Source of the DNA: Camelus dromedarius
Lineage: Eukaryota
DNA: 64,000 bases
NCBI RefSeq assembly: GCF_036321535.1
Contig: NC_087436.1
Span: 35,590,001-35,654,000, forward strand
Direction of reading: 5' to 3'
Every line of letters begins with the position of its first letter. The first letter of the stretch is position 1. A program made the translations under genes and the position numbers. This document shows positions 12,964-24,145 of this stretch, piece by piece. The notes beneath the pieces are model-generated. The model had not been told where the DNA came from. It ran no database searches and saw nothing but the letters and a program-made list of their open reading frames with translations.

Positions 12964-14038
12964 AGTCCACCCCTTGTCAACTTGGCAATCATACACATCT
13001 TTTTAAACCAATATTAATCTCTGAATAAAGACAATAATAAGACCACAATTCTGCTTAACATGATACAACTATCCTGAACACAACCAAAAACACACTAACC
13101 TCCTCCCTAGAAGAGGAGGTAAAGTCCTTGAGTGATGTTTACTCCTTCCTTGACAACCTATAACTTAAATGCTATGATGTAAAATCAACACTACTTAAAA
13201 CACTGTGATATAAATTGAATCTGTTTTATACTACATAATAAGGGAATAAGAGAGGAAAGAAAACAAAGACTGTAGCTTCTTCCACTATCCATCCTGTATT
13301 CCCTTTGCCTTCAGCAAGCACCTCAGCTAGGCATGGTTCTTCACCTGGTGGGATGACCCAAACCTCCATTCTTAAAGGATCTGGGCTATTAGCAGTCCTG
13401 CCTGGATTGTGCTGTTGTAGTTTTCCATTGACCTCAGTCACAAGGCTTGGGAATACTAAGAGATGTCCTCAGGGATCTCCTGTAACCCAGACACACTCTT
13501 CCTTTCCTCCACTGTGGAGTAGAAGTCCAAATTCCCCTTGGTAATTAGGATCAATCACCCCAGTCAGCGCAGTAACTCCCTTCTTTGCCTGTTGATTCAG
13601 AGGCATCAGGAGTCCAAAGTGGCCCGGCAGCAGTCTTAACTTACAGTTCAGTGAAATCATTGTGTCTCGTGGTGGAAACATTCCTCTCTCTGGAACTGAG
13701 AACTCTAGGCCAGCAGAGCATCAAGTTGCAGAAACAGGAAGCACAGATTTTGGTAGTGGGTCACTCCCATGTCCATTCTTTGATTCTTGGACCCATGATT
13801 CCTGGCTATTGGAGAAACAGCAGCATATACTGGACACTGGTTCAGAGCTTACACAGCCTTCTGGAGATCTTTGCCCCAGCCCTGAAAGGCATTGCCATCT
13901 AGGTGGTGCTGTAACAGAGTCTGCAAAGGCCGTTTCATCATTCTCTCAAACCAGCTGCTACAGGGTGGTAGAGAACATGGCAAGACCAGTGAATTCTATG
14001 AACATGGGCCCACTGCTGCTCTTCTTTCGCTATGAAGT
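12964..14038 (-). mobile_element. younger ERV-L internal 3' part (integrase C-half, dUTPase, 3' untranslated region)
   Basis: Degenerate integrase motif equivalents (QWAH..IHW..HV..HP.AAGL.ER.NG) at 13.9-14.0 kb, then the dUTPase ORF. Confidence 0.85.
13469..13681 (-). pseudogene. ERV-L dUTPase fossil
   Basis: ORF LRLLPGHFGLLMPLNQQAKKGVTALTGVIDPNYQGEFGLLLHSGGKEE matches ERV-L dUTPase, including the GVID.DY.GE-type motif. Confidence 0.85.
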
Positions 14039-14985
14039 AAAGCCCTCACATGCCCCAAACCAGTGGAGTTTTAAGACCTTTACTGGCATGACAGGCTCCT
14101 GAATGTTTGTAGAGTTTCTCTCAATCTCTGAAGTACGCATGTCTTACCAGGGCATCCAAAGTACTGTCATTTCCTGGTTAGGTGTGATTCACATGCTGTC
14201 ACCAATATAGTAGACCAAAGCGATATTTTGTGGGATGTTCAGAGGACCAAGGTCCCATCAAACTACACTGTGACAGAGCAGGAGAATTAACCCGGATCTA
14301 GTGAAAGTCTATGAATACATCCTATTGTCCACCCTGGTGAACTGCTTCTGATCCTCATTCATAACGGGTATTGAAAAGAATGCATCTGCCCGCTCAATAG
14401 TGACCTACCACAAATGAGAAGCAGTGGTAATCTGTTCCAGGAAAAATTCCACGTGCAGCATGGCAGCCGTATTGGGGATACCACTAGGTTACACTTCTCA
14501 CAGTCCTCTGTCACCTGCCATGATTCACCTGATTTATGCAGGAAGTAAAATGATGGATTAAATGGGGATATAACGGGGTTGAGCATCTATGTTGGTTTTA
14601 AGTCTTTAAGGATGATGCTAATCACTACCATTCACACAAGCGTTGGGGGACAGAATTATTTATGATTTACCATCTTGACCTGGGTGACCTCCACTTGTTC
14701 TTTCTTACTACAATAGCTCTTACTCCACACCTTAGGGGACCAATGTGAGTATCCTGCCAGACGCTAAATCTGTCCACCCTGATTATGCAGTCAAGAAATT
14801 GGCAAATGACTACCAGATGACTCCAGAGGCTCACTAGACCCAATGGGAGATGGTCCCAGGCCAGAACTTCATTGATCACCTAACCTCCATTCTCCTTCAC
14901 TCAAACATAGAAGCCATGAGATTGTTTGGGTTTCCCAAGAACAGTGTCATATCAGATCCTCAATCCATCAGTCCTTTAAAACATG
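14039..14985 (-). mobile_element. pol: old ERV-L internal region: protease and RT N-terminal fossil
   Basis: ORF 14667-14879 (INEVLA...HLVVI...CIIRVD...WQDTHIGPLRCGVRAIVV) is ERV-L protease-like; ORF 14359-14586 (SPFNP...KSGESWQVTED) is RT-like ([22 protein letters not shown]). Confidence 0.8.
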
Positions 14986-16040
14986 AGTATTCCCCAGAAT
15001 CTGAGGCAAAAACTCATAAGCAAATGACCTATCAAGAAAGTGCCCTCAGATTCCACTCCTGGGTATATATTGAAAAAAAACACAAAAACACTAATTTGAA
15101 AAGTTGCATGCACCCCAATGTTCATGGCAGCACTATTTACAATAGCCAAGACATGGAAATAACTGAAGTGTCCATCAACAAATGACTGGATAGAGAAGAT
15201 GTGGTGTACATATACATATATACAACAGAATACAACTCAGCCATAAAAAAGAATGAAAATTTGCCATTTGCAGCAATGTCAATGGACATAGAAGGTAATT
15301 ATGCTAAGTGAAATAAGTCAGACAGAGAAATACAAACATTGTATGATATTACTTATATGTGGAATCTAAAAAAATACAACAAAGTAGTGAATATAAGATA
15401 AAAGAAGCAGACTCACAGATGCAGAGAACAAACTAGTGGTTGCCAGTGGGGAGGAGGAGGGGCAATATAGGGGTCGGGAGTGGGAGGTACAAACTACTAG
15501 ATGTAAGACAGGCTCAAAGATGTATTGTACAACTCGGGGAACATAGCCAATATTTTGTAATAATTGTAAATGGAAAGTAACCTTTAAAAATTGTATATTT
15601 TTTTCAATTGGAAGAAAAAGAAAGTGCCCTCAGGAAGAACTGCAAAGGAAGAAGCAGAATTTAGAAAGGGAAGAAGTGGAGGAAATATGTAATTGCCAGC
15701 AAAATCCCAGCCTTGGACTAATCTAACAGGGAGCTTCCAACTGGAAAATTATAACTAAGAGTGAGTTGCTCAGATGAGAGGCAAGGGAACTGGCCTCTCA
15801 CGTCCCTACATCAGTCAGTCATTGGTTAAATGCCACTGGGGACAGGAGTAAGAGGCTCAGTGTAAACTTCTCGGCACTTCTGAGTCTCTTTAAGTGGGGG
15901 CTTCCAGGGCAGTCTTCTGAAGAGAACTGCAGGTAAGGCGTGCTAGCAGCCACTGCACACGCAGGTCAGGGGGACTGGTACACAAGTAAAGATACAGGAG
16001 ACCCAGTGGGTTCTGGTGGACCATGAACTCTATCCACTAT
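14986..16040 (-). mobile_element. ERV-L class LTR (LTR16/LTR33-like), interrupted by L1
   Basis: ttccccagaatctgaggcaaaa...gtgccctcag|gaagaac...gggaagaag resembles the reverse of LTR16-type 3' ends; continuous across the L1 TSD. Confidence 0.45.
15050..15617 (+). mobile_element. 5'-truncated L1 (ORF2 C-terminus and 3' UTR) with 16-bp TSD
   Basis: attccactcctgggtata...tgcaccccaatgttcatggcagcactatttacaatagccaagacatgg is the L1 ORF2 end; perfect TSD AAGAAAGTGCCCTCAG at 15034-15049 and 15618-15633. Confidence 0.95.
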
Positions 16041-16419
16041 AGTCCTTAAATGGGCAGACAATGACCAAAGGGCAAAAGTGGAAAAAAATTAAAAAGACAA
16101 AAATCTGGCAAAGAGGAAAAGTTCAATAGCGAGAACTAAGGTCAGTGTCAATGGATGACCTAAGACCAGAGGAGAAGTGAGACAGAATCCCAACAGTCCA
16201 GACCCTCACCTGGCCCCCCACCCCCACCATCGCTCCATCAGCTACGGACACGGCCCTCCCCATCTCTCTCCGTCCCCCGCAAACCCCCACTGGCAACTTT
16301 TCAAAAGTTGCCATCAAATAAGCACCCACACTGTATCAGCCCACTCAACTTGTTTTATTGGTTTACTTGCATCTCAGGAGGAAGTATTTCCCCAGCAACA
16401 CAGCTTAGTAGAATGAGAT

Positions 16420-16620
16420 ATACCAGGGGCAGAAACCCTAGTTTTCCGGAGCCCAGTGATCTTTTACAGTTACTTAACCTCTTCAAGCCTTAGTTACAGA
16501 TTTTTAAATGGGATAACAATACCCACAATACAAAGATTTTTGTGGATAACATTTTAAAACCTATCAAGAAATGACTAAGACAATGCCAAGCATATAGTAA
16601 GCACTAAATAAATCATAGTT
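16420..16620 (+). mobile_element. MIR SINE
   Basis: agttacttaacctcttcaagccttagtt...aaatgggataacaatac...gcatatagtaagcactaaataaat. Confidence 0.7.
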
Positions 16621-16890
16621 TTCTTCTTCCTTCAGATATGACCCCAAACTACACTGCATTTTTTTTCTGAAATTCTTGAGGACAACTGGATTTCTATTGT
16701 TACTATCCTAGGGGCAACCTATTAAAACTCCCAAAGCTGGAGGAGCGCAATCTGATATAGTGCTGGCAGACCCTGCAGAAAGAAGGAATTCGTCATTTCT
16801 TGGTTTCAGTTTCTATAATGAGAAAAGGTTAACTTTTATAGTGTATTCGAAAAAAACAGAAGTGACATATGTTTTCAAATATGTAAAGCT

Positions 16891-16990
16891 GGTGGGCAGG
16901 GTATAGCTCAGTGGAGGGGTGTATGCTTAGCATGCATGAGGTCCTGGGCTCAATCCCTTGTACCTCCATTAATAAATAAACAAACAAACA
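16891..16990 (+). mobile_element. tRNA-Ala-derived SINE (camelid vic-1-like)
   Basis: gggtatagctcagtgg (A box)...cttagcatgcatgaggtcctgggctcaatccc (B box)...tacctcca, then an A-rich tail. Confidence 0.85.
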
Positions 16991-18929
16991 GACATTTTGG
17001 AGTGTTACCACTGTTTTCCACATGGACACCAGGATGCTAACTTTCAGCACATAGGTAGGTCGAGGAGAGAGATTTCATCTAGTGCGGAGCCATGAGGCCA
17101 GCGCTGACAGTCTTCTACAGGAATCCGAATTTCCACCTTAGTTGAGTATCTAAGCACCCATTAGCAGTGAAGCAATGGTCCTATCTATACAATCGGTCCT
17201 GAGAGAAAAAGAAAGTGAAAGCAGGTGACAAGGAGATGAAAAGTACAGATGTGTAAGACCTAGAGGGGGGAAAGGAACAGAGGGAATTATGTGAATGAGT
17301 AAGAAATAATTATGAAGAATAATTATTGGCAAAATAGTTAATATAAGATATACAATTCAACTTACTACTTATAATTTCTAATCTGAACATCACTCTGCCA
17401 GGGTGGATGAATGGATGGGTGGTGGACAGACAGATGGAGAGATAGGCATAGATATTAAAGATGTAGCCATTGATTAATAGCTGTTGAAATGAATTATTAA
17501 GAGGGAACATATTCCAAGTTTCTAAACGGTTATGCACTACAGATCCCAGATGGAGGCTTTATTTTTCCATGCATCTTTGTCATTTTCCTTCTCTGTATTA
17601 CCACCTGGCACCCTTTTGTTCCCCAGCTTGGCCCCATAAGAATGCAAGTTGCTTGGCAACTGATCCTTCCACTCAAGTGTCTCAAGGAAATAACCCTGGC
17701 TCCTAGGATGGTGCATGATCCAAGTTATTATAGTAAGCTCTAGTGTTTACACCTAAGCCTGAAGAGATAATCCTTGTTCACAATATTTCCATTGCAGCCT
17801 GTGAAAATCCACACATCAGCCAAAAAAGGTAAATGAGAGCTACATGACCTGTTCTTTCTTTCGAGAATTATTTGACAATATATGAACAGGTGCTGGTGCA
17901 CGTGGACTGAATGCTGCAATATTCCTTGGTCAAATATAACCAGGAAAATGTGTGAACGTTTGTAGGCAACCAACATGACAATGATTAGGTACCTCCAATA
18001 TATGAAATAACAGAAGCCATTTAATCCATAAAATGTGACTAAAATGCTGTATTTTCTGCCTGAAATCTTCAGCCTTTCCAACCTAAATCTTACAAACACA
18101 AACATAAATACATGCATACCCTTCTTGCTGAAGGAGCTACTTTTCAGACGTTCAGAGAGAGCAGTAAAGCACACAGAGGAAACTGGTATATGAGCATTTT
18201 TTTCAAAGGTTTGAGGACTCACAGAACTAGAGACAGAGATGTCCTCTTCAGGCATGGAGAATGGAAAGGGTCCCTTGGTTTACATGGACGTATTTATTAC
18301 CAAAAGTACATAACCCTGCAGAGCAAGACACAAGAGGATGGCTTAGAATGCTCTGTCCCACTACAAAACCAATTATGCTTTTAATATCCTGGGAGGAAAG
18401 CTCCCACACATGGTACAAAAGCCAGACTCACCTCATTCTACCCATGACAATCGAAACATTGTCTGTAATGTGTTCTTTCCCTTAAGATACATGTTACTAT
18501 GTGCAGGAACTATATAAGATAATTATCCTCTTTCCTCAAAATTTAAGTATTAAGACTCTCAAATGTGGAGCTTTCTTTCCACAAAACACATATATCTTTA
18601 TTATTTATTGGTTTTTTTTTTAAAAAGTGCAATGGATTGAGTGAAAAAAGCTCTACAAAAGCTTTTCCAAAATTAATAGATGCCCAGAAGTATGGGGCCA
18701 CTTGGAGACATTCTCCAGAACTGACGTGATGAAGCTTTCTTTGGGGAGGAGTAATTGACTTATTTTTTATTTTATTTGTAACTATTATGCAATAATGAAG
18801 TCTCCCTTATATTCTGTAGTGAGTGATATGATCCCAGTTCACGAAGAATAAAACAACAGAAACAGGACATTTTACTCTGACTTAAGAATACCAAAAATAT
18901 GTAAACTTAAATTAAATAATCAGATTCTT

Positions 18930-19230
18930 TTCTTGCAACTAACAAACTGGTAAAGATTTTGAAGGATCATGCCCACTATTGCTGAAAAACCAGGGAGATT
19001 AGCATTTCCATGTACTATTAATAGATGTGTAATTTGATGTAAACCTTTTGAAGGAAATTTGTCAATACATAATCAGTTTTTTTTTCAATATGCACATAGC
19101 TCAATCTCAAAACTCTGCTTCTAGGAGTTTATACCTATCAAAATTGGGCACTAAGAAAAAGCTGCAGAGATGTCCATACAAAGGAGTTTACAATAACAAA
19201 AGGAAACAGCTTGTAAGTTCAACAAGGAGA
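18930..19230 (+). mobile_element. old L1 (L1M-type) ORF2 3' fragment
   Basis: aaaccttttgaaggaaatttgtcaata...ctgcttctaggagtttatacct resembles the degenerate L1 ORF2 end. Confidence 0.55.
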
Positions 19231-22020
19231 TTTGTTCAGGCATTCATTCAACAATTTTTTGAGACACTCCAGTGTTTTGCTAGTTCAATTCTCACCTAGT
19301 TTAAAGTAAGACCTTGTCCCAACATCAGATGTGTCTCCATTTCTACAGTAGAAAACTTGGATTTTGATTTTTCTCTAAGTCGCTAGTAGAGTTAGTGACT
19401 AGGAACAAATCCCTCAGAGCCAGGAATATCTGCAAAGATGAATACCAGAATGACCCACATCTGTCTTAACAGTCAGGCTCACTGGTGCTTCACAACAGAT
19501 CCTTTTTCCTTAGAAGTTTCCGGAAAGGAAAGGTAAATGGAGCCTGCTGGAACACCATCTTGAAAATGGCCTTATAGCAATAAAAGCCCTGGCAGTTATG
19601 CCAGTAACAGGCCTAAAGACTAAACATGATTAATTACAGTTTTGAAAGCCACAGACCCCAACTCCCTCACACAACAAAGACTTGGCTTTCATAACCTTCT
19701 AAAGGAAAGCGTGAAAAGTTCTCAAAATCTTAGTTTCATTTCTGAGTTGATTACGCTGAAGTCTCACCATCAGAAACAGAAAAGGATGAATGCTAGAATA
19801 GCACAGAAGAGCTGTGCACCTTCCGATGGCTGCGACCGCAATTTCACCCATCACATACTAACAATTAATAATTTTGTGCCAGCTGGTGCCCTTGGAAGGA
19901 AGCAGTTGATGATATCAACACTAAACCCTTTTCCCAACCTAGTATGAGATGTTCAACCACTTTAGGTTTATTTGAGGTGGGGTGGGGATACTTTTTTGGA
20001 CTGACATTCGCTTCTTTGTATACAGTAACAATCCGGCTGTTTTAACAGAACTTTCCACATGCTTATTTCTGAGCTCCTGAAAAAACAGAAAATAGATTTG
20101 GAAAAGGCATTATTAGGACACAGCTATTGGGAATCCAAAAATCAGTCTGTACATGTGTAGCATGATTTTAGCACGGTTTTTATAAGTATTCAGTCACATA
20201 GTCTGGCCGATGCTACACGATTTTGTAAACATTCAGCACAGCCATCTGAGAGTTCTGTGCTGTTGTGTGGTCTTCATCACAGCTTAGTAGGTTGCTTGTA
20301 AGTATTTTGTTTGTTTGTTGATTTGTTCTCTTCTACCTCAGCTCTGACTTTTCATTTAAGCCAAATAAGGACATCAGATCAAAACATTAACTTAAGAGAA
20401 GGCTCAGGCAGGAAATTCCAAAGTTAAGTTTCTCATTGTAATTTTAACTTTCCCATGATACACATTTTCTGTACTGGTTCGCATCTTGCCTGTGTAGCTT
20501 TGTATAAAGAGCCAGATTCTGACCTCAGTCACACTTGTTTTATTTTTACTGAAAATGTACGAGGGAGCAATGAAGAAGCAGAGGAGGGCCAGAGGTCAGC
20601 AGACTGGAAAGCAAATGCTGAAGAAGGTTATGGGAGGCCGGCAAATATGCGAGGCTGGAAAAGGAGCTAGAAGGTGCAGATGGGAGTTATGTTAGTGGAT
20701 GCAAAACTGCATTTCATGATTTCTTAATATGCACGTCTTCACATCTTTCTTTTCAAATACTTGTTAAACAACAATTTAAACCACATTAATTTTTTTTATT
20801 TATTTATATAGAACTTGAGTGTTCGGTTCTCTTTGATTTCACCTCTTACTTATAAATCTTCCAACCAGTCATTAACTGCTTGTAAAGTCCAGCCACCTCA
20901 TATATTGTCACTTAATTATGTTATGCTACAGTGGGCTTCCTAGGAGGCAAAAATTCTACACAAAAACACTTATAAAGAAAGCCAGGGCAGACAGCCTGAC
21001 TAAGCCAGTAAGAATAAAAATTGTTGCTGACAAGGGAATGGAATCGACAACTAAAGCTTTCTGAACCAAAGGGGAAAATGAATAGCCAAGACATCTGAAT
21101 TGTTGAAGGAAAGGATGTTTCAGATCTAGGCGAGGGGGAGGAACAGAGCATAAAACTGGAAATAGAAGCTTAACTGCTAAGCCTGCTCAGAATGAATCAT
21201 AAAGAGAGAAAAGGGATTATCAGCCCAAAGGATCTGGGCAGGAAAGGCCCAGGGCAAAGTCTCCTGGTGCATCCTGCCTTCAAATGTAGGATGTTGAAAA
21301 CTGTACCCTGCTGGAAGAAAGGCTTCACTGCTGCGAGCCTGCCCAAGATGTCAGGGACTAAGAAGGACTAGAGAGAAACCGATTCAAATTGCAGGGCGCT
21401 GTTATATTGAAAAAAAAAACTGTGATCATTTCCATGATAATACTCAATGCTGGTGAAGATATGGTAAAAATAGCACCCACATACTACTGGGGGCAGCAGC
21501 AGTTAGTACAGACCTTTTGAAAAGATGATTAAATAACATCTATCAAGAGCCATCAAATTGCTATTAGTTTTAATGCATAGTTTTATTTTTCGGTCATTTA
21601 TCTTAAAGAAGTACCTTAGGATACAGAAACAGCAAAATCTCTACTCACAGAAATAGCTAAAACAATATTATACATAAAGTTAAAATGGAAACAAACTAAG
21701 TACACAATAATAAAAGACAACAAGTATAATATTGTTGTATATACACTCAATGAAGTAAAAAGTGATCATAAAAATCATGATTATTGAAGTACACAGAACC
21801 ACCTATGAAGTACTTCTGCCCCTCGCCCCACCCTAAAGTGGTTGAACTTAAATCTAATCAAGAATTTTAGATAAAGTTTCCAACGTACAAGAAATACGAG
21901 GTTGAGAAGAACAAGTGAAACTGTCCTTAAGTAAGCAATCCAGAATTGCTGACAATTGACCCTGTTTCTTCAGTAATTCAATGATCTCGGGATAAGCAAG
22001 GGAGAGGTTAATCTTCTAGA

Positions 22021-22227
22021 GCCTGTATACAATAGCACTTTGCAATAATGATAGAAATGTTCTGCATCTGTGCTCAATATGATAATCACTAGACATGTGT
22101 GTCTACTGAGCACCTGAAATGTGGCCAGCATGACTTATAATCTGAATTTCTTACTGTCGTTTAATTTTAATTAATTTAAATTTAAAAAGCCACTTGTGGC
22201 CAGTAGCCACCATGTTGGATGGCACAG
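22021..22227. mobile_element. MER3 hAT-Charlie MITE
   Basis: caatagcactttgcaataatgatagaaatgttct...ttttaattaatttaaatttaaaaagccacttgtggccagtagccaccatgttgga; TAGA-containing flanks typical of Charlie targets. Confidence 0.85.
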
Positions 22228-22592
22228 TTTTAGATTATAAAGATTTAAGAGACCCGATACCAAATGTAATGTGTGGATTTTGCTGGATCCTGAAGCCAGC
22301 AAACCAATCCAAGAATGACCTGTCTGAGTCTTTAGAAGAAATGTGAATATAACCTGTATTAGATGTTAGTTTTGTTCATTGTGATAAAGATGTTGTGGTT
22401 CTATGAAAAATTACTGATTTTAGAGACCCATGTTGAAATGTTTATGGATGAAATGGCAAAATATCACAATGTCTGGGATTTGCTTTAAAATGTGTCCACC
22501 AGAGAGAGAGAAAAGAAGGAGATGAAGCAAGTGTGAGAAAATGAGGAGAATTGTTTAATCTGGTGAGACGGATGCAAGGTGCATTGTATTTT

Positions 22593-22596
<4 letters not shown>

Positions 22597-22629
<33 letters not shown>
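22597..22629. repeat. (GT)16 microsatellite
   Basis: Perfect dinucleotide run. Confidence 0.95.
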
Positions 22630-22631
<2 letters not shown>

Positions 22632-23091
22632 TGAAAAATTTTCATAATAACAATTCTAAAATTCATAATTACCTGGAAAATCCTTACATATGCTATTAAG
22701 TGAAAAGACGAAATACAAGCTTGTCCGTTAAGCTGATACTGAGTTGCAAGCAATCCATTAAGATGTTCAGATTTACAAATCATTTTCCTTATTTTTCAGT
22801 GAAGAAATAGAATACAGTCAACATGTTAGGAAATGCTTAAGGAATATTTTGAGCATGTTTAAGTTAAGATCCACTAAGTATGGTAGGAAAAAAATAGTTC
22901 AAGAATCACTGTCACTAACACATACACACATCCATTAATGCCCATAGACAAAAGAGAGACTGAATGGAACACACCATATAGTTTATTCCATAACGGTGGT
23001 TCTGTTCACATGATTGGACTAAATGGAGACAAATTTTGGTAACGTGATTCTGTTACTTTTAAAATGAGATTAAAGCCATATTTAAAATAAG

Positions 23092-23300
23092 CTTTTTAAA
23101 AAATTCTTTATTGAAGTGTAGTTGATTAACAATGTTAGTTTCAGGGTACAGCAAAGTGATTCAGTTACACACATACATATTTTTTATTTTCAAATATTTT
23201 CCATTATGTGTTATTATAAGAAATTGAATATAGTTCCCTGTGCTCTACTGTAGGTCCTTGTTGTTCATCTATTTTTTTGTAGTAATATGTGTCTGTTAAT
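23092..23300 (-). mobile_element. L1 3' UTR fragment (cetartiodactyl-type)
   Basis: ttattgaagtgtagttgatt...gtacagcaaagtgattcagtta...ttgaatatagttccctgtgct; reverse complement is similar to the L1 at 47487-47932. Confidence 0.85.
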
Positions 23301-23589
23301 TAGATCAGAAAAACTTTTTATGCCAAGATTCAAATCAGTGTCTCCACAGCCAACTGCCTTTTAAGCGCTTCAATGGCATGTAAATAGAACAGAGTAAGAA
23401 ATTCACAAACACTGCAGATGTAACGTGAAGAGCAGCTTTAATGTCATGTAAGGAGAAGGGGGTAATTTATACTACTTTAGAAGTGGAATAAACTTCTCCC
23501 TTCTTCTGACTTCCATGGTAATATTTAGTATGATTTAATAATTAACTGAGTTATATTTAATATGCCCTTTATATAACATCTAATATAGT

Positions 23590-23790
23590 GAATAAAATCA
23601 GGTACTGTCTTAAGCACTTTACTTATAGCAACTCTCACAACAACCCTTTGCAGTATGGGATACTACTAGCCCCATTTTGAAGCTGATAACACAGAGAAGT
23701 TAAGGAACTTATCCACGATCACCCAGCAAGTAAGGAGCAGAGCCAAGATTCAAACCCAGGAATTCTGCTCCAGCATCCATCCTTTTGAAC
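23590..23790 (-). mobile_element. MIR SINE
   Basis: ctcacaacaaccct...ccccatttt...cagagaagttaaggaacttatcc...gagccaagattcaaacccagg. Confidence 0.75.
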
Positions 23791-23969
23791 AGTGTACCAC
23801 ACTAGCTCAGGTAATGTCTCTATTGCCTTTGTTCACGTACAAGTGAGAAGAAAACATCTTTGTCTCTCACGGCAATAACCACCCCACTCCTGCAGACCAG
23901 GGAGCTTCTGGCATCTCATAAAAAGAAAAGGTAGTTGAGTCAAAGAGACATTAGCTTTTGCTATTAACC

Positions 23970-24145
23970 AACTTACATCTGAATCAAATTCCCACGCAGC
24001 CCTTGTTACTAGACGTGCCCTTCGTGGGTGGTGACTCATCCGCACACGCTCAAGCTCATCGAGCCCAGGCTGTCCTTGACGGCAGGTCGGATCAGGTGAC
24101 GCAACCGAGCCCAACAGCCTCTTGAATATGCTTATTGCAACGGTG
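23970..24145. promoter_or_regulatory. candidate enhancer (AP-1, ATF/CEBP, CpG-retaining)
   Basis: TGACTCA 24032-24038, TGACGCAA 24097-24104, TTATTGCAAC ~24132, ACGTG ~24013; 11 CpGs in ~175 bp. Confidence 0.4.

Larger units (their letters stand above)
21430..22740 (+). mobile_element. old L1 fragments (L1ME/L1MC-type ORF2 end and 3' UTR)
   Basis: aatgctggtgaagatatgg...accttttgaaaag; acctatgaagtact...ttgaacttaaatctaatcaag; tatggatgaaatg...atgtctgggatttgctttaaaa. Interrupted by MER3 and a (TG)n tract. Confidence 0.65.

Noticed and set aside
16897..16968. tRNA-Ala(AGC) gene
   Set aside because: Mismatched stems and boxes, an A-rich tail and several dispersed copies indicate a SINE.
17740..18255. 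Longest ORF (171 aa, minus)
   Set aside because: No recognisable domain; composition typical of translated AT-rich non-coding DNA; no supporting splice structure.
18426..18434. Consensus donor GAG|GTGAGT on minus strand (also at 38320-38328)
   Set aside because: No convincing paired acceptor or frame; a couple of such 9-mers are expected by chance in 64 kb.
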